Assembly: GCA_965248925.1 (NCBI GenBank)
Contig: CBDFLE010000005.1
Coordinates: 352,001-416,000 of the forward strand
DNA: 64,000 nucleotides
Direction of reading: 5' to 3'
Source of the DNA: Candidatus Multivoradales bacterium
GTDB lineage: Bacteria; Acidobacteriota; Thermoanaerobaculia; Multivoradales; J023
The notes beneath the pieces were generated by a model, which saw nothing but the letters and a program-made list of their open reading frames with translations, was not told where the DNA came from and did no database searches. Within the stretch, counting starts at the first letter, position 1. Each line of letters opens with the position of its first letter. The position numbers and the translations under genes were made by a program. Below, piece by piece: positions 27,726 through 37,719 of the stretch.

Positions 27726-29043
27726 GAATCCGACCTATAAGACCACCGCCACCCCCACACGGGACAAGGATCAGAGCTTTGTCGAAAAGTCGCAGGCGGT
27801 GGTCGAGGGGATTGACATCTCTGGCCATTGGAACCGCATGTATGAGCCGCGGGAGATCCAGGACTACGATACGACCTTCCTCGACAAGCTGACCGATCTG
27901 CCCGGCGGCGAGTCGATGGGTTGGTGTTACCAATGCGCCCAATGCGTGCCCGCCTGCCCGGTCGACAACGTCGGCGGCGATTATGCGCCGCGCAAGATCT
28001 ACCGCCGCCTGCAGATGGGTAACGACATCTTCAATCATCGCGACCTGTGGCTGTGTACCACCTGCCAAAACTGCTTGCGGGTGTGTCCCAAAGAAGTCGA
28101 CATGATGCAGATCATGCCCGCCGCGCGGGCCCAGGCGGTGCTCGAGGGCAATGCCCCCGAAGAGCTGATGGAGATGTTCCAGAACGTTGCCGAATATGGC
28201 AACCCGATGGGCCAATCGCCACGCAAGCGAGCTCGCTGGACGCGCAAGGCCGACAGCCCAGTGCGGGTACTGCCCAAGGATCCGGCGCCGGTCGAGGTGT
28301 TGTGGTTCGTTGGCGATTACTATGCCTACCACGGCCGCGGAGTCGACGCCGCCAACGCCATGAGTCGGGTGTTCAACCGCCTGGGGGTCGATTTCGGCAT
28401 TCTCGGCGCCGACGAGCGCTCCGATGGCGATTCACAGCGCCTGGCCGGCGAGCCTGGGCTGTTCGCAGAACTGGCCGAGCACAACATGGCGCAGTTCAGG
28501 AAGTACGAGTTCGACAAGATCGTCGTCTCCGGCCCCCACGCCTACAACGCGATCAAGAACGAGTACCCGAAGCTCGGCGGCGAAGACTCAGACACCACCT
28601 TTCCGGTCGAGCACTACACCCAGTTCTTGAGTGCCCAGCTGGACGCTCTGAAGCCCTTGCTGAGCAAATCGTTCGATCGCAAGGTGACTTTCCACGATCC
28701 CTGCTACTTGGGTCGCCACAATGGAGAGTACGACGCCCCGCGCAATCTGCTGCAAGCAGTGCCAGGGCTCGAGTTCACCGAGATGTACCGCTGCAAGGCG
28801 CAGGGCTACTGCTGTGGTGGTGGCGGTGGCGGTATGTGGATGGATGGCTATGCTTCGCTGCATCAGGCCGAGAGGCTGTCCGAGAATCGGGTCAAAGAGG
28901 CGGTCGAAGTCGGTGCCGAGGTGTTGGCGGTGTGCTGCCCCTACGAAGTATCGCGTTTCGAAGACGCGGTCAAATCAACTGATAACGATGGCAAGCTCGA
29001 AGTTCTCGACATCATCGAGATCCTCGACCGGTGCATGGAGTAG
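27718..29043 (+). CDS. shdrB3: sHdrB3-like HdrD-type fusion (2x[4Fe-4S] + CCG domains)
   Basis: CYQCAQCVPACP, CTTCQNCLRVCP, FHDPCYLGR, CCGGGGG; followed by etfBA. Confidence 0.8.
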   Translation: MPENPTYKTTATPTRDKDQSFVEKSQAVVEGIDISGHWNRMYEPREIQDYDTTFLDKLTDLPGGESMGWCYQCAQCVPACPVDNVGGDYAPRKIYRRLQMGNDIFNHRDLWLCTTCQNCLRVCPKEVDMMQIMPAARAQAVLEGNAPEELMEMFQNVAEYGNPMGQSPRKRARWTRKADSPVRVLPKDPAPVEVLWFVGDYYAYHGRGVDAANAMSRVFNRLGVDFGILGADERSDGDSQRLAGEPGLFAELAEHNMAQFRKYEFDKIVVSGPHAYNAIKNEYPKLGGEDSDTTFPVEHYTQFLSAQLDALKPLLSKSFDRKVTFHDPCYLGRHNGEYDAPRNLLQAVPGLEFTEMYRCKAQGYCCGGGGGGMWMDGYASLHQAERLSENRVKEAVEVGAEVLAVCCPYEVSRFEDAVKSTDNDGKLEVLDIIEILDRCME

Positions 29044-29052
29044 AGAAGCAGG

Positions 29053-29796
29053 ATGGATATTACGGTGCTCTTGAAGCGAGTTCCTGACCTGGTCGAAGAT
29101 CTCGAAGTCGACGCCAGTGGCAAGGCGCTCGACCCCGATTGCGTGAGCCTGAAGCTCAATGAATTCGACGACCACGCCCTCGAAGAGGCCTTGCTGCTCA
29201 AAGAGAGTGGCGGCGGCAGCGTCACCGCCGTGGCGATCGACGGCGAGGGGGTCGACAAGCTGCTCTTCACCGCCCTGGCCAAGGGGGCTGATCGGGCACT
29301 CAAGGTCACTGGCGCCGCCGACGGTGACTCCAATCTGGCCCTGGCCCGCCTGTTCAGCGAGGTCATCGGCGGTGCCCCCGCCGACCTGATCCTCACCGGC
29401 GTCCAGGCCGCGGACGACCGTGATGGCCAGCTCGGGCCGATGGTGGCGGCCATTCTTGACCGACCCTGCGTCGAGGTAGTCACCAGCGTTGCCGCTAGCG
29501 ACGGCATGGTGACAGTGCAGAAGGAGTATTCGGGGGGCATGATGGCCGAATTCGAGGTCGATCTGCCGGCGGTCCTCGGTATCCAAGCCGCCGCCCAGAC
29601 GCCACGTTACGCGCCGGTGTCCAAGGTGCGGCAGATTCAACAATCAGCCACCCTCGAAGTGGTCACGGCAAGCAGCGCCGATGGATCCGGCATGACCGTG
29701 GTGGCGATGACCCCGCCCGAGACTGGCGCCGGTGCGCAGATGCTCGGTGGAGTGGATGAACTGGTCGAAGTGCTAGCCAGCAAAGGAGTGATCTGA
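29053..29796 (+). CDS. etfB: Electron transfer flavoprotein beta subunit
   Basis: LKRVPD, NEFDDHALEEAL, ALAKGAD, GVQAAD. Confidence 0.95.
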   Translation: MDITVLLKRVPDLVEDLEVDASGKALDPDCVSLKLNEFDDHALEEALLLKESGGGSVTAVAIDGEGVDKLLFTALAKGADRALKVTGAADGDSNLALARLFSEVIGGAPADLILTGVQAADDRDGQLGPMVAAILDRPCVEVVTSVAASDGMVTVQKEYSGGMMAEFEVDLPAVLGIQAAAQTPRYAPVSKVRQIQQSATLEVVTASSADGSGMTVVAMTPPETGAGAQMLGGVDELVEVLASKGVI

Positions 29797-30755
29797 TGGC
29801 CAACGACGTGATGGTGGTGGCAGAACACCTGGGCGGCAAGCTGGCCGACGTGACTTTTGAGCTTTTGGCCACTGGCAAGGAGCTAGCCGGCCAGTTGGGC
29901 GGTTCCTTGATGGTCGCCCTGATCGGTGGCGACGACGTGATGGTGGGCGAACTCGGTGCCGCCGACCTGGTGCTATGTCTCGGAGCTAGCGAACTCGCCG
30001 ACTTCAATCCCGAGAGTCACGCTGTGGCGCTCGAAGCGGCGGTAGTGGCCAAAGCGCCGCGGGCGGTGCTGATCGGTTATACCTCGATGGGCATGGACCT
30101 GGCCTCGACCCTGGCGGTGCGCAGCGGTCGTGCCCACGCGGCATCCTGCGTGCGCATCGACGGCGGCGCGTCGATCACCGCCACCAGTCAGCTCTACGGC
30201 GGTAAGATCGATGTCACCAGTGATTTAGGCACTGATCCCTGTGTGCTGAGCCTGGTGGCGGGTGCCGCCTCGGCCGCTGCCGGACGGGTCGCGGGTAGTC
30301 CGTCGGTGGAGGAACTCGAAGCGCCAGATACCGCCGGTCGAGTGCGCTTCAAGCGCTTGATCGAGCCCGAAGCTGGCGATGTCGACATCACCACCAAAGA
30401 CGTGCTGGTGGCGATCGGTCGTGGCATCGGCTCGAAGGATGATATCGAAGTCGCCGAAGAACTGGCCGAAGCCCTCGATGCCGCCGTCGCCGCCTCGCGA
30501 CCGCTGATCGATTCCGGCTGGCTGCCCAAGAGCCGGCAGGTGGGGAAGTCGGGGCTCAAAGTGCAGCCCAAGGTCTACCTCGCTCTCGGTATCTCGGGTG
30601 CCCCGGAGCATCTCGAAGGGATGAAAGGCTCGGCCACCATCATTGCCGTCAACACCGACAAGAACGCGCCGATCTTCGGCGTCGCTCACTACGGCTTGGC
30701 CGCAGATTTGTTCGACGTCTGTGAAGAACTGACCGCAGCGATCGAGGATCGGTAG
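29796..30755 (+). CDS. etfA: Electron transfer flavoprotein alpha subunit
   Basis: VAIGRG, ASRP, QVGKSG, GISGAPEH, AVNTDKNAPIF. Confidence 0.95.
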   Translation: MANDVMVVAEHLGGKLADVTFELLATGKELAGQLGGSLMVALIGGDDVMVGELGAADLVLCLGASELADFNPESHAVALEAAVVAKAPRAVLIGYTSMGMDLASTLAVRSGRAHAASCVRIDGGASITATSQLYGGKIDVTSDLGTDPCVLSLVAGAASAAAGRVAGSPSVEELEAPDTAGRVRFKRLIEPEAGDVDITTKDVLVAIGRGIGSKDDIEVAEELAEALDAAVAASRPLIDSGWLPKSRQVGKSGLKVQPKVYLALGISGAPEHLEGMKGSATIIAVNTDKNAPIFGVAHYGLAADLFDVCEELTAAIEDR

Positions 30756-30760
30756 CTCCA

Positions 30761-32776
30761 GTGCTCAACTCAGCCGAACGCCTAATCTTCACTGCCCTGG
30801 TGCTGGTCTGTGGCGCATTGGCGGCACGAGGCTTCGCCCAACTGGTCAAGGTCGTCCGCCGGGGCCGCGAGGCAGAGCGGACTGACGGCTGGGTCGGCCG
30901 ATTCACCAAGGCGTTATTGGATATCGGCTTGCAGCGGCCCCTATTCAAGATTCGGCCGGTGGCGAGCGTCTTCCACGCCTTCATCTTCTTTGGCTTTAGC
31001 TTCTATGTACTGGTTAACGCCAATGACCTGTTAGAAGCCTACATCGACGGCTGGTCGACGATCGGCGGCGGTCCGTTGGCCAGCGTCTTCAACCTGGCCT
31101 CCGATCTGCTCAGCGTGCTAGTCCTCGTCGGCATGGTGTTTTTTCTTGTGCGCCGATTCTTGGTTAAGCCCAAGGTACTCGACTTCAATCGCAACGTGCT
31201 CCTGCACCCCAAGGTCAGCGCCGGTGGGGTCAAGCGTGATTCGCTGATCGTCGGCGTGTTCATCTTGCTGCACGTCGGCTCGCGCTGGCTGGGGACCGTC
31301 CTGCATCTGGCGGAGAATGGCCACGGTGATCCCTGGCTACCCACCGCCAGCGCCGCTTCGCACCTCTTTGCCGGCCTGACGCCCAGCACTCTCGACTTCG
31401 GCGTCCATCTCTGCTGGTGGTTGGCGATGGGCTTGATCGTGCTTTTCTTGCCCTACTTTCCGCGCAGCAAGCATCTGCACCTGATGGTGGCGCCAGTCAA
31501 TCTGGCGCTGGATCGGCGGACTCCGCGGGGCTTGCTTGATCCAGTTGCCGATGCCGCCGCACCGGGCGCCAAGACCCTCACTGACCTGTCCTGGCCGCAG
31601 CTGCTCGACAGCTACTCTTGCATCATGTGCAACCGTTGCCAGGAGGTCTGCCCGGCGCACACCGCCGGCACGCCCCTGTCACCGGCGGCGCTGGAGATCA
31701 ACAAACGCTTCACGATGAATGAGTGCGGCAAGGAGCTGGCGGCCGGCGCCGATGCCCCCGACTTGCTCGGTGTCGCTACCACCATCGATGCGGTGTGGTC
31801 TTGCACCACCTGTTACGCCTGCGTGCGGGTCTGCCCGGTGGGCAACGAGCCGATGATGGACCTTATGGACCTGCGGCGCGGCCTGGTGTTCGACGGCGCT
31901 GCCCCCGGCGAACTGGCCGAAGTTCTGCGCCACCTCGATGAGAAAGGCAACAGCTTCGGCGACTCGCCGCGCAAACGTGCCCGTTGGGCCAAGAAAGGGC
32001 TCGATTTCAAGCTCAAGAACGCCACCAAGGAGCCGGTAGACTACCTCTGGTACGTCGGCGATTTCGCCTCCTTCAATCCCGATTGCCAAGAAATCAGCCG
32101 CCTGGTCGCCCGCATTCTCGAGCAAGCGGGCCTGGATTTCGGCATCCTCTACGAAAAAGAACGCTCGGCGGGTAACGATGTCCGCCGGGTCGGCGAGGAA
32201 GGACTGTTCGAGTCCCTGGCGGAGCAAAACGCGGCAACCCTGGAGGAGTGCGAGTTCGAACGCCTCTTCACCACCGATCCCCACACCTTTAACACGCTCA
32301 AGAACGAGTATGGACCCTACAAAGGGCAGTTTGATCAGATCGAGCACTACTCGACCCTGTTGCTCGAACTGATCAACCAGGGCACCTTGAAGGTGAATAG
32401 CCTCCTCGGAGGCCGCGCCACCTACCACGATCCCTGCTACCTGGGGCGCTACAACGGTGGTTTCGACGCGCCGCGAGGGGTGATCGAGGCTTGTGGTGTC
32501 GAGCTGGTGGAAATGCCGCGCAACCGCGAGAACTCATTCTGCTGCGGTGCCGGCGGCGGCCGCATTTGGATGAAAGATCACGATGACATGAGCGAACGGC
32601 CGAGCGAAAACCGAATTCGCGAAGCTCTCGAACTGGGCGATGTCGACACTTTCGTCGTCGCCTGTCCCAAGGATCTAACGATGTACCGAGATGCCATCAA
32701 GACCTCAGGCAACGAGGGCAAGATCGTGGTCAAAGACATCGCCGACCTGGTCGCCGAGGCGATCGGGCTCGACTAG
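30761..32776 (+). CDS. Membrane FeS oxidoreductase, EMO/FadF-like (ETF:menaquinone oxidoreductase)
   Basis: TM domain with His (VFHAF, SKHLH), CIMCNRCQEVCP, CTTCYACVRVCP, YHDPCYLGR, CCGAGGG. Confidence 0.85.
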   Translation: MLNSAERLIFTALVLVCGALAARGFAQLVKVVRRGREAERTDGWVGRFTKALLDIGLQRPLFKIRPVASVFHAFIFFGFSFYVLVNANDLLEAYIDGWSTIGGGPLASVFNLASDLLSVLVLVGMVFFLVRRFLVKPKVLDFNRNVLLHPKVSAGGVKRDSLIVGVFILLHVGSRWLGTVLHLAENGHGDPWLPTASAASHLFAGLTPSTLDFGVHLCWWLAMGLIVLFLPYFPRSKHLHLMVAPVNLALDRRTPRGLLDPVADAAAPGAKTLTDLSWPQLLDSYSCIMCNRCQEVCPAHTAGTPLSPAALEINKRFTMNECGKELAAGADAPDLLGVATTIDAVWSCTTCYACVRVCPVGNEPMMDLMDLRRGLVFDGAAPGELAEVLRHLDEKGNSFGDSPRKRARWAKKGLDFKLKNATKEPVDYLWYVGDFASFNPDCQEISRLVARILEQAGLDFGILYEKERSAGNDVRRVGEEGLFESLAEQNAATLEECEFERLFTTDPHTFNTLKNEYGPYKGQFDQIEHYSTLLLELINQGTLKVNSLLGGRATYHDPCYLGRYNGGFDAPRGVIEACGVELVEMPRNRENSFCCGAGGGRIWMKDHDDMSERPSENRIREALELGDVDTFVVACPKDLTMYRDAIKTSGNEGKIVVKDIADLVAEAIGLD

Positions 32777-32851
32777 ATTCGAAGCGGCGGAAGGGGCAGC
32801 AGTGGATTTAGGGCACAGCAGCCCCGGTTTCGAGACCCCGGCGGTCGGGTC

Positions 32852-33877
32852 ATGACCCTGAGTGTCATCGATGGCGGCACCCTCAGCGCCTGGCGATCAC
32901 AAGCTCTGTGGCACGGCATTGCCGCATCCATGCAGACCACCAGCCCCGCGACCCTGTCCTTCTGTCGTCCCGCCGAAGCCTACGTTGGTATTGGCTATCA
33001 TCGCCGCCTCGACGAGATCGATGTCGCTCGATGCGCTGAGCTGGACCTGCCGATCATCCGTCGTCAGATTGGTGGTGGGCCGGTATATCTAGATCAGGAT
33101 CAACTTTTCTTTCAACTCACCTTGCCCGCCGCCGACGCTCCGCGACGAGTTGATCGCCTCTATCAGCAATTCCTCGACCCAGCGGTCCACGCCCTGAAGC
33201 GCCTGGGGATTGCCGCCCATCGCAATGGTTTCAACGACCTGGCGGTCGCGGGGCGTAAGATTTCCGGAACCGGCGCCGGTCAGATCGGCGATGGGGTTAC
33301 CGTGGTGGGCAACATTCTCTTTCGTTTTTCGCACCAGCGAATGGTGGAGGTTTTGTCCTTGCCGAGTGCCCGCATGCGCCGCGAGTGTCTGCGGTTGATG
33401 CGTCGCCATGTCACTTCCCTGGCCGCCGAGGGAGCGGCGGAGTTGAGCCCAGCTGAGGCCAAATCGTCATTGATCGAAGCATTCAGCGGGGCTCTCGGCA
33501 AGTCCGCGGTGACCGCATCCTTGAGCCCGCGACAGCAAGATTCGATCGCTGAGTGGGAGGTGCGCTTTCGGGACACCAGCTGGCGCGCCGGGGTGGCGCG
33601 GCCGAAGCCGGCGCGGCGCCAGGTCAAGATCAGCACCGATGCCTGGCTCTTCGCCACGCCGGGTGAGCGGCCGTGGGTCGAAGTGTCGATCGTCGGTGGG
33701 CAGATTGCTCATCTGAGCCTCGAACAAGGACCCTGGAACGGTACCGCCACGGCGATGCAAGGTGCCCTAGCCGGCCAACCGGCAGAGGCGCGGAATCTAG
33801 AACAATGTTTGGCCCCCTTCGGCGACGATGGGCGCCAATTGCTCGATCTATTACTGCCGGGTCTCGACAACAATTGA
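32852..33877 (+). CDS. Lipoate:protein ligase (sLpl/LplA-like)
   Basis: RRQIGGGPVYLD, NDLAVAGRKISGTG. Confidence 0.88.
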   Translation: MTLSVIDGGTLSAWRSQALWHGIAASMQTTSPATLSFCRPAEAYVGIGYHRRLDEIDVARCAELDLPIIRRQIGGGPVYLDQDQLFFQLTLPAADAPRRVDRLYQQFLDPAVHALKRLGIAAHRNGFNDLAVAGRKISGTGAGQIGDGVTVVGNILFRFSHQRMVEVLSLPSARMRRECLRLMRRHVTSLAAEGAAELSPAEAKSSLIEAFSGALGKSAVTASLSPRQQDSIAEWEVRFRDTSWRAGVARPKPARRQVKISTDAWLFATPGERPWVEVSIVGGQIAHLSLEQGPWNGTATAMQGALAGQPAEARNLEQCLAPFGDDGRQLLDLLLPGLDNN

Positions 33878-33898
33878 CCTGAAAGTTGATTTGGAGAA

Positions 33899-34363
33899 GT
33901 GATGAAAGCCAACATCTTGATGGAGATTGGGTCCTACCGGGTCGCCAGCGACCGGGCCTACGATCGCGACAACCATATGTGGGTCCTCGACCTAGCGTCG
34001 CGGCGGGTGCGTTGCGGTTTCGATCCGTTGGGTAGCGAAACCACGGGCGATATCGTCGCCCTTTCCTTCGCCCCGCTGGGCACCGAGCTGAGCCGCGGAG
34101 GCGAATTCGGCAGTCTCGAAGCGGCCAAATTCGTCGGTCCGCTAGTGGCGCCGATCGCCGGCAAAGTGGTGGCCCACAATGACGCCGTGCTGGCCAATCC
34201 AGGACTGATAAATCGTGATCCCTTGGGCCAGTGGTTGATCGAGATCGAGCTGGCGGCAGAGCGCGCCTCCTGTGACGAGTTGCTCGAAGACCCAGCGGAA
34301 ATTCGCAGCTGGTTCGCGGCAGAGGTCGAACGATTCGAACGCCAGGGCGCGTTGGCCCAATGA
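33899..34363 (+). CDS. Second GcvH/LbpA-like lipoyl carrier
   Basis: HMWV, LEAAKFVGP, INRDP..QWL. Confidence 0.88.
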   Translation: MMKANILMEIGSYRVASDRAYDRDNHMWVLDLASRRVRCGFDPLGSETTGDIVALSFAPLGTELSRGGEFGSLEAAKFVGPLVAPIAGKVVAHNDAVLANPGLINRDPLGQWLIEIELAAERASCDELLEDPAEIRSWFAAEVERFERQGALAQ

Positions 34364-35376
34364 GCGAGCTGCTCAAAGTAGTCGACACGGTGGCCGACAC
34401 CGCGGTCGAGGCGACGGCGCAACCACTGCGGCCACCGGCGATCGCCACCGCGGGCATGCAGCTGCGCCGGCAGCGGTTTGGCGACCAGATCGAGTTTTAC
34501 GCGCCTGGCCTCAAACGCTGGCAGACCGCTGAGTGGAAGCCCGAGCGTGCCCACCGTTTTCTGCCGATCAGCGTCACCGGCACCTCCTGCGGGCTGAGCT
34601 GTGACCACTGCGAAACCAAAGTTCTACAAGGCATGATCACCGTCTCGCCAGAGAAGGGCCTGTTCAACACCGCCGCCGAGCTTCAGTCGCAAGGCACCGA
34701 GGGCATCCTGGTGTCGGGAGGGTCGAATAAGGACGGCGGCGTACCCCTGCTGCCCCATGTCGACGACATGCGGCGAGTGCGCGAAGAGCTCGGCATGAAG
34801 GTCATCGTCCACTCCGGAGTGGTGTCACCGAAGTTGGCCCGAGGCTTGGCCGAGGCCGAGGTCGAAGGCGTGATGCTCGACATCATCGGCGCTGATGAGA
34901 CCATCGATCAGGTTTACCATCTGGATCTCAAGGCGGCGGATTTCGAGCGTTCGCTCGAGCTACTGTCGGCGCGGCAGATGCGGATCATCCCGCACATCGT
35001 CATCGGCCTTCACTACTCTCAGTTGCTCGGTGAATGGAAAGCCCTGGAGATGATTCGCCGCTATCCGGTGTCGACCTTGATTCTGGTGGTCCTGACCCCG
35101 CTGATGGGCACCCGCATGGGGCACCTGCCCCCACCACCGCTGGCCGAAGTGACGGACTTTTTAGCTCATGCACGGCAACAGATGCCAGAGATTCCGGTCA
35201 ACCTGGGCTGCGGCCGGCCCTTGGGGCAGATGAAAGTCGACCTCGACCGCGCCGCCATCGACCACGGCCTGAACGGCATCGCCTATCCCGCCGATGGCAT
35301 CATCGAATACGCCGCGGCGAGCGGCCTCGAACCCTCCTTCTACGAATACTGCTGCTCCCTCACCTGGACCCACTGA
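34360..35376 (+). CDS. lipS1: Radical SAM lipoyl synthase subunit LipS1-type
   Basis: CGLSCDHC; LGCGRP and terminal YCCS match the GCxR and CC motifs recalled for archaeal LipS1. Confidence 0.75.
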   Translation: MSELLKVVDTVADTAVEATAQPLRPPAIATAGMQLRRQRFGDQIEFYAPGLKRWQTAEWKPERAHRFLPISVTGTSCGLSCDHCETKVLQGMITVSPEKGLFNTAAELQSQGTEGILVSGGSNKDGGVPLLPHVDDMRRVREELGMKVIVHSGVVSPKLARGLAEAEVEGVMLDIIGADETIDQVYHLDLKAADFERSLELLSARQMRIIPHIVIGLHYSQLLGEWKALEMIRRYPVSTLILVVLTPLMGTRMGHLPPPPLAEVTDFLAHARQQMPEIPVNLGCGRPLGQMKVDLDRAAIDHGLNGIAYPADGIIEYAAASGLEPSFYEYCCSLTWTH

Positions 35377-35392
35377 CCCAAGGCGCGAGGCG

Positions 35393-36541
35393 GTGACCAG
35401 CAAACTCTCTCAATACCTGCGCGACCCCTTGCTGGGTGAGCTGTGGCGGCAAGTCAGGCAAGCCGGATCTCTCAAGTCGATCTCCCTCGACCTCACCCAC
35501 GCTTGCAATATCCGCTGCAGCGGCTGTTACTTCTTCGGCGAGGGGATGGATCAGCATCGGGCGCCAGCGAATGAAGGGGTTTTCGAGGAGTTTCTCGCCC
35601 GAGAGAAGGCGCGGGGCACCAATTTTGTCACCGTGGTGGGCGGCGAGCCGAGCCTGATGCTCGGCCGGTTGAAAAAGATCTACGATGGATTCTGGATGAA
35701 CGTGGCCACCAACGGACTGCGCAAGATCCCGCACGAGGGCTTCGAGCAGATGCCGATCGGGGTTTCAGTCTGGGGCAGCCCGGAAACAGATAAACAGCTG
35801 CGGGGCAGCGGCAAGATCGATATCTTCGCGGCCGCTCTCGATAACTACCGCGACGATCCGCGGGCTTTCTTTTACTACACCGTGGCGCCCGGCGACGCGC
35901 GGGAGATCCCGGAAGTGGTCGAGCGCTGTGTGGAGAACGGCAACCGGGTGTTATTCAATTTCTTTGGCGACCTCCGGGCCGGGGCCGATGGCAAGGCAGA
36001 TTTTTCCGCCGTGCAGAGGGAGATCGAAGAAGCCATCCGTCGCCATCCCAAGAGTATCCTGATCACCTCCTACTTGAGCCGGGTGGTCACTTCCGGACGC
36101 CTCTACGATCAGCAGTGGGGTTGGGAGGTCTGTACCAGCGTCACCGCCGATCATCAGGTCAACGCCTGGCGCATCGCCAACGGCAATCCCTACAACCCCC
36201 ACTTTCGGGCCTACAACGCCGATTTGCTTTCGACCCGTCGTTGTTGCACTGGGATCGATCGTGATTGCTCCAGCTGTTTCGATGTTTGGGAACGTTTTTC
36301 CTGGGTCATGATCAACCTCCGCCAACACCTGGCCAGTGAGCAGAAATTTACCTGCTGGCTCACCACCATGTATCTCTTCTACCTGATCAACCGGATTGTC
36401 GATGTCGAGCAAGGAATGGCTCTGCTGCCAGAGATTCACCAGCGCCTCGAAGGTTTGCTGCCGCGAGCCCATCCCACCGGTTTGAGTCCCGCTGGCAGCC
36501 ACCGTTCATCCCCTGACCTCAATAGGCCGGCAGCATGCTGA
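35393..36541 (+). CDS. Radical SAM protein of unknown function
   Basis: CNIRCSGC, VVGGEP, TNG, C-terminal RRCC...CSSC. Confidence 0.85.
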   Translation: MTSKLSQYLRDPLLGELWRQVRQAGSLKSISLDLTHACNIRCSGCYFFGEGMDQHRAPANEGVFEEFLAREKARGTNFVTVVGGEPSLMLGRLKKIYDGFWMNVATNGLRKIPHEGFEQMPIGVSVWGSPETDKQLRGSGKIDIFAAALDNYRDDPRAFFYYTVAPGDAREIPEVVERCVENGNRVLFNFFGDLRAGADGKADFSAVQREIEEAIRRHPKSILITSYLSRVVTSGRLYDQQWGWEVCTSVTADHQVNAWRIANGNPYNPHFRAYNADLLSTRRCCTGIDRDCSSCFDVWERFSWVMINLRQHLASEQKFTCWLTTMYLFYLINRIVDVEQGMALLPEIHQRLEGLLPRAHPTGLSPAGSHRSSPDLNRPAAC

Positions 36542-37719
36542 GCAGCGCCAAGAGCAAAGTCTGGCGCTACTTGAGCGATGACGAGGTAGGTGCCGCGGCA
36601 GGTCTCGCCGCCGACGAGGCCCTGATGCTGGGCTACGGTCGAGCAGGCTCGGCAGAGAGTAGAGCGGCCCTGCGCCTCTACACCTACCGTCCCCACTGCG
36701 CCCTCGTAGGTCGCTATCAGATCGTCGAGCAGGAGGTTGACCTCGAGCGTTGCGCTGCCCTCGGCATCGAAGTTGGACGGCGCCCCACCGGCGGCGGCGC
36801 GATCATCATGGGTCCCGCTCAGCTCGGTGTAGCGATCGCCGCATCAGCCTTGGCCGAACGGACTCCCCGCCAAGCTCTCCAGCACTTCGCCGCCGGGATT
36901 CTCGCCAGCTTGGCTGAGTTGGGTATCGAGGCCAGCTTCCGTTCCAAGAACGATCTCGAAGTCGGTGGCCGGAAGATTGCCGGCCTCGGCATCTATCTCG
37001 ACCCCCGCGGTGCGCTGCTCTTTCACTCCAGCATCTTGGTAGATCTGGAGATCGAAGCAATGCTGGCAGTACTCAAGATCCCCGGCGCCAAGCTGTCGGA
37101 CAAGGCGGTGAGCAGGGTAGAGGAGAGGCTGACCACGGTTTCCCGAGAAATCGGCCAGCAGCTGCAAGCAGCAGACATTCGCCAGCAGATAGCCGGCGCG
37201 CTGGCTCGCCACTTTGATATTGAGCTGCACCCATCCTGCTTGTCTCCCGTCGAGATCGAGCGCTACCAAGAGCTGGTCGAGCTTTACACCAGCGAGGCTT
37301 GGCTGCATCCTGCGAGCCCCCGCCGCGACGCCCAGGGCCGAGCGACTCTGAAGACTCCGGCGGGCCTGCTGCGAATCCACGTCGGTGTTCACGGCGGAGT
37401 GCTCAAGAGCGTTTTGTTGGCCGGCGATTACAACCTCTTGCCCGCCGGTATCGCTCGTCTCGAAAGCGCTCTCAAGTGGTGCCGAGCCGAGCCGCGAGTG
37501 ATCGCCGAGGTTAGCGAGCGATGTTTAGATCACGAAGACTTGGCGATCGCGCCGACGAAGGTGGCGGCGGCGATCTCAAAAGCAGTTGCGCGAGCGGTAC
37601 GTCTGGGCCAGCGTTCCTATCCCAGACGCGAGGCCGGATCTTGTTATTTCCCTGAGTCCGAGACCATGCCGCCTCCAGCTGAGACGGCCGAGGAGAGGAG
37701 AAGCCATGACCCTGGTTGA
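36535..37719 (+). CDS. Lipoate-protein ligase / octanoyltransferase (LplA/LipM-like with accessory domain)
   Basis: LAADEAL, LRLY, RRPTGGGAI, KNDLEVGGRKIAG, KTPAGL accessory domain. Confidence 0.88.
   Translation: MLSSAKSKVWRYLSDDEVGAAAGLAADEALMLGYGRAGSAESRAALRLYTYRPHCALVGRYQIVEQEVDLERCAALGIEVGRRPTGGGAIIMGPAQLGVAIAASALAERTPRQALQHFAAGILASLAELGIEASFRSKNDLEVGGRKIAGLGIYLDPRGALLFHSSILVDLEIEAMLAVLKIPGAKLSDKAVSRVEERLTTVSREIGQQLQAADIRQQIAGALARHFDIELHPSCLSPVEIERYQELVELYTSEAWLHPASPRRDAQGRATLKTPAGLLRIHVGVHGGVLKSVLLAGDYNLLPAGIARLESALKWCRAEPRVIAEVSERCLDHEDLAIAPTKVAAAISKAVARAVRLGQRSYPRREAGSCYFPESETMPPPAETAEERRSHDPG

Noticed and set aside
23843-29043. Methanogen or sulfate-reducer HdrABC/Flx/Mvh complex
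   Set aside because: Short HdrA, sHdrB1 signature, and tusA/dsrE/lbpA/lipS context; no mvh or flx genes
23091-34363. Glycine cleavage system
   Set aside because: No gcvP or gcvT; the GcvH-like genes sit in sHdr and lipoate context
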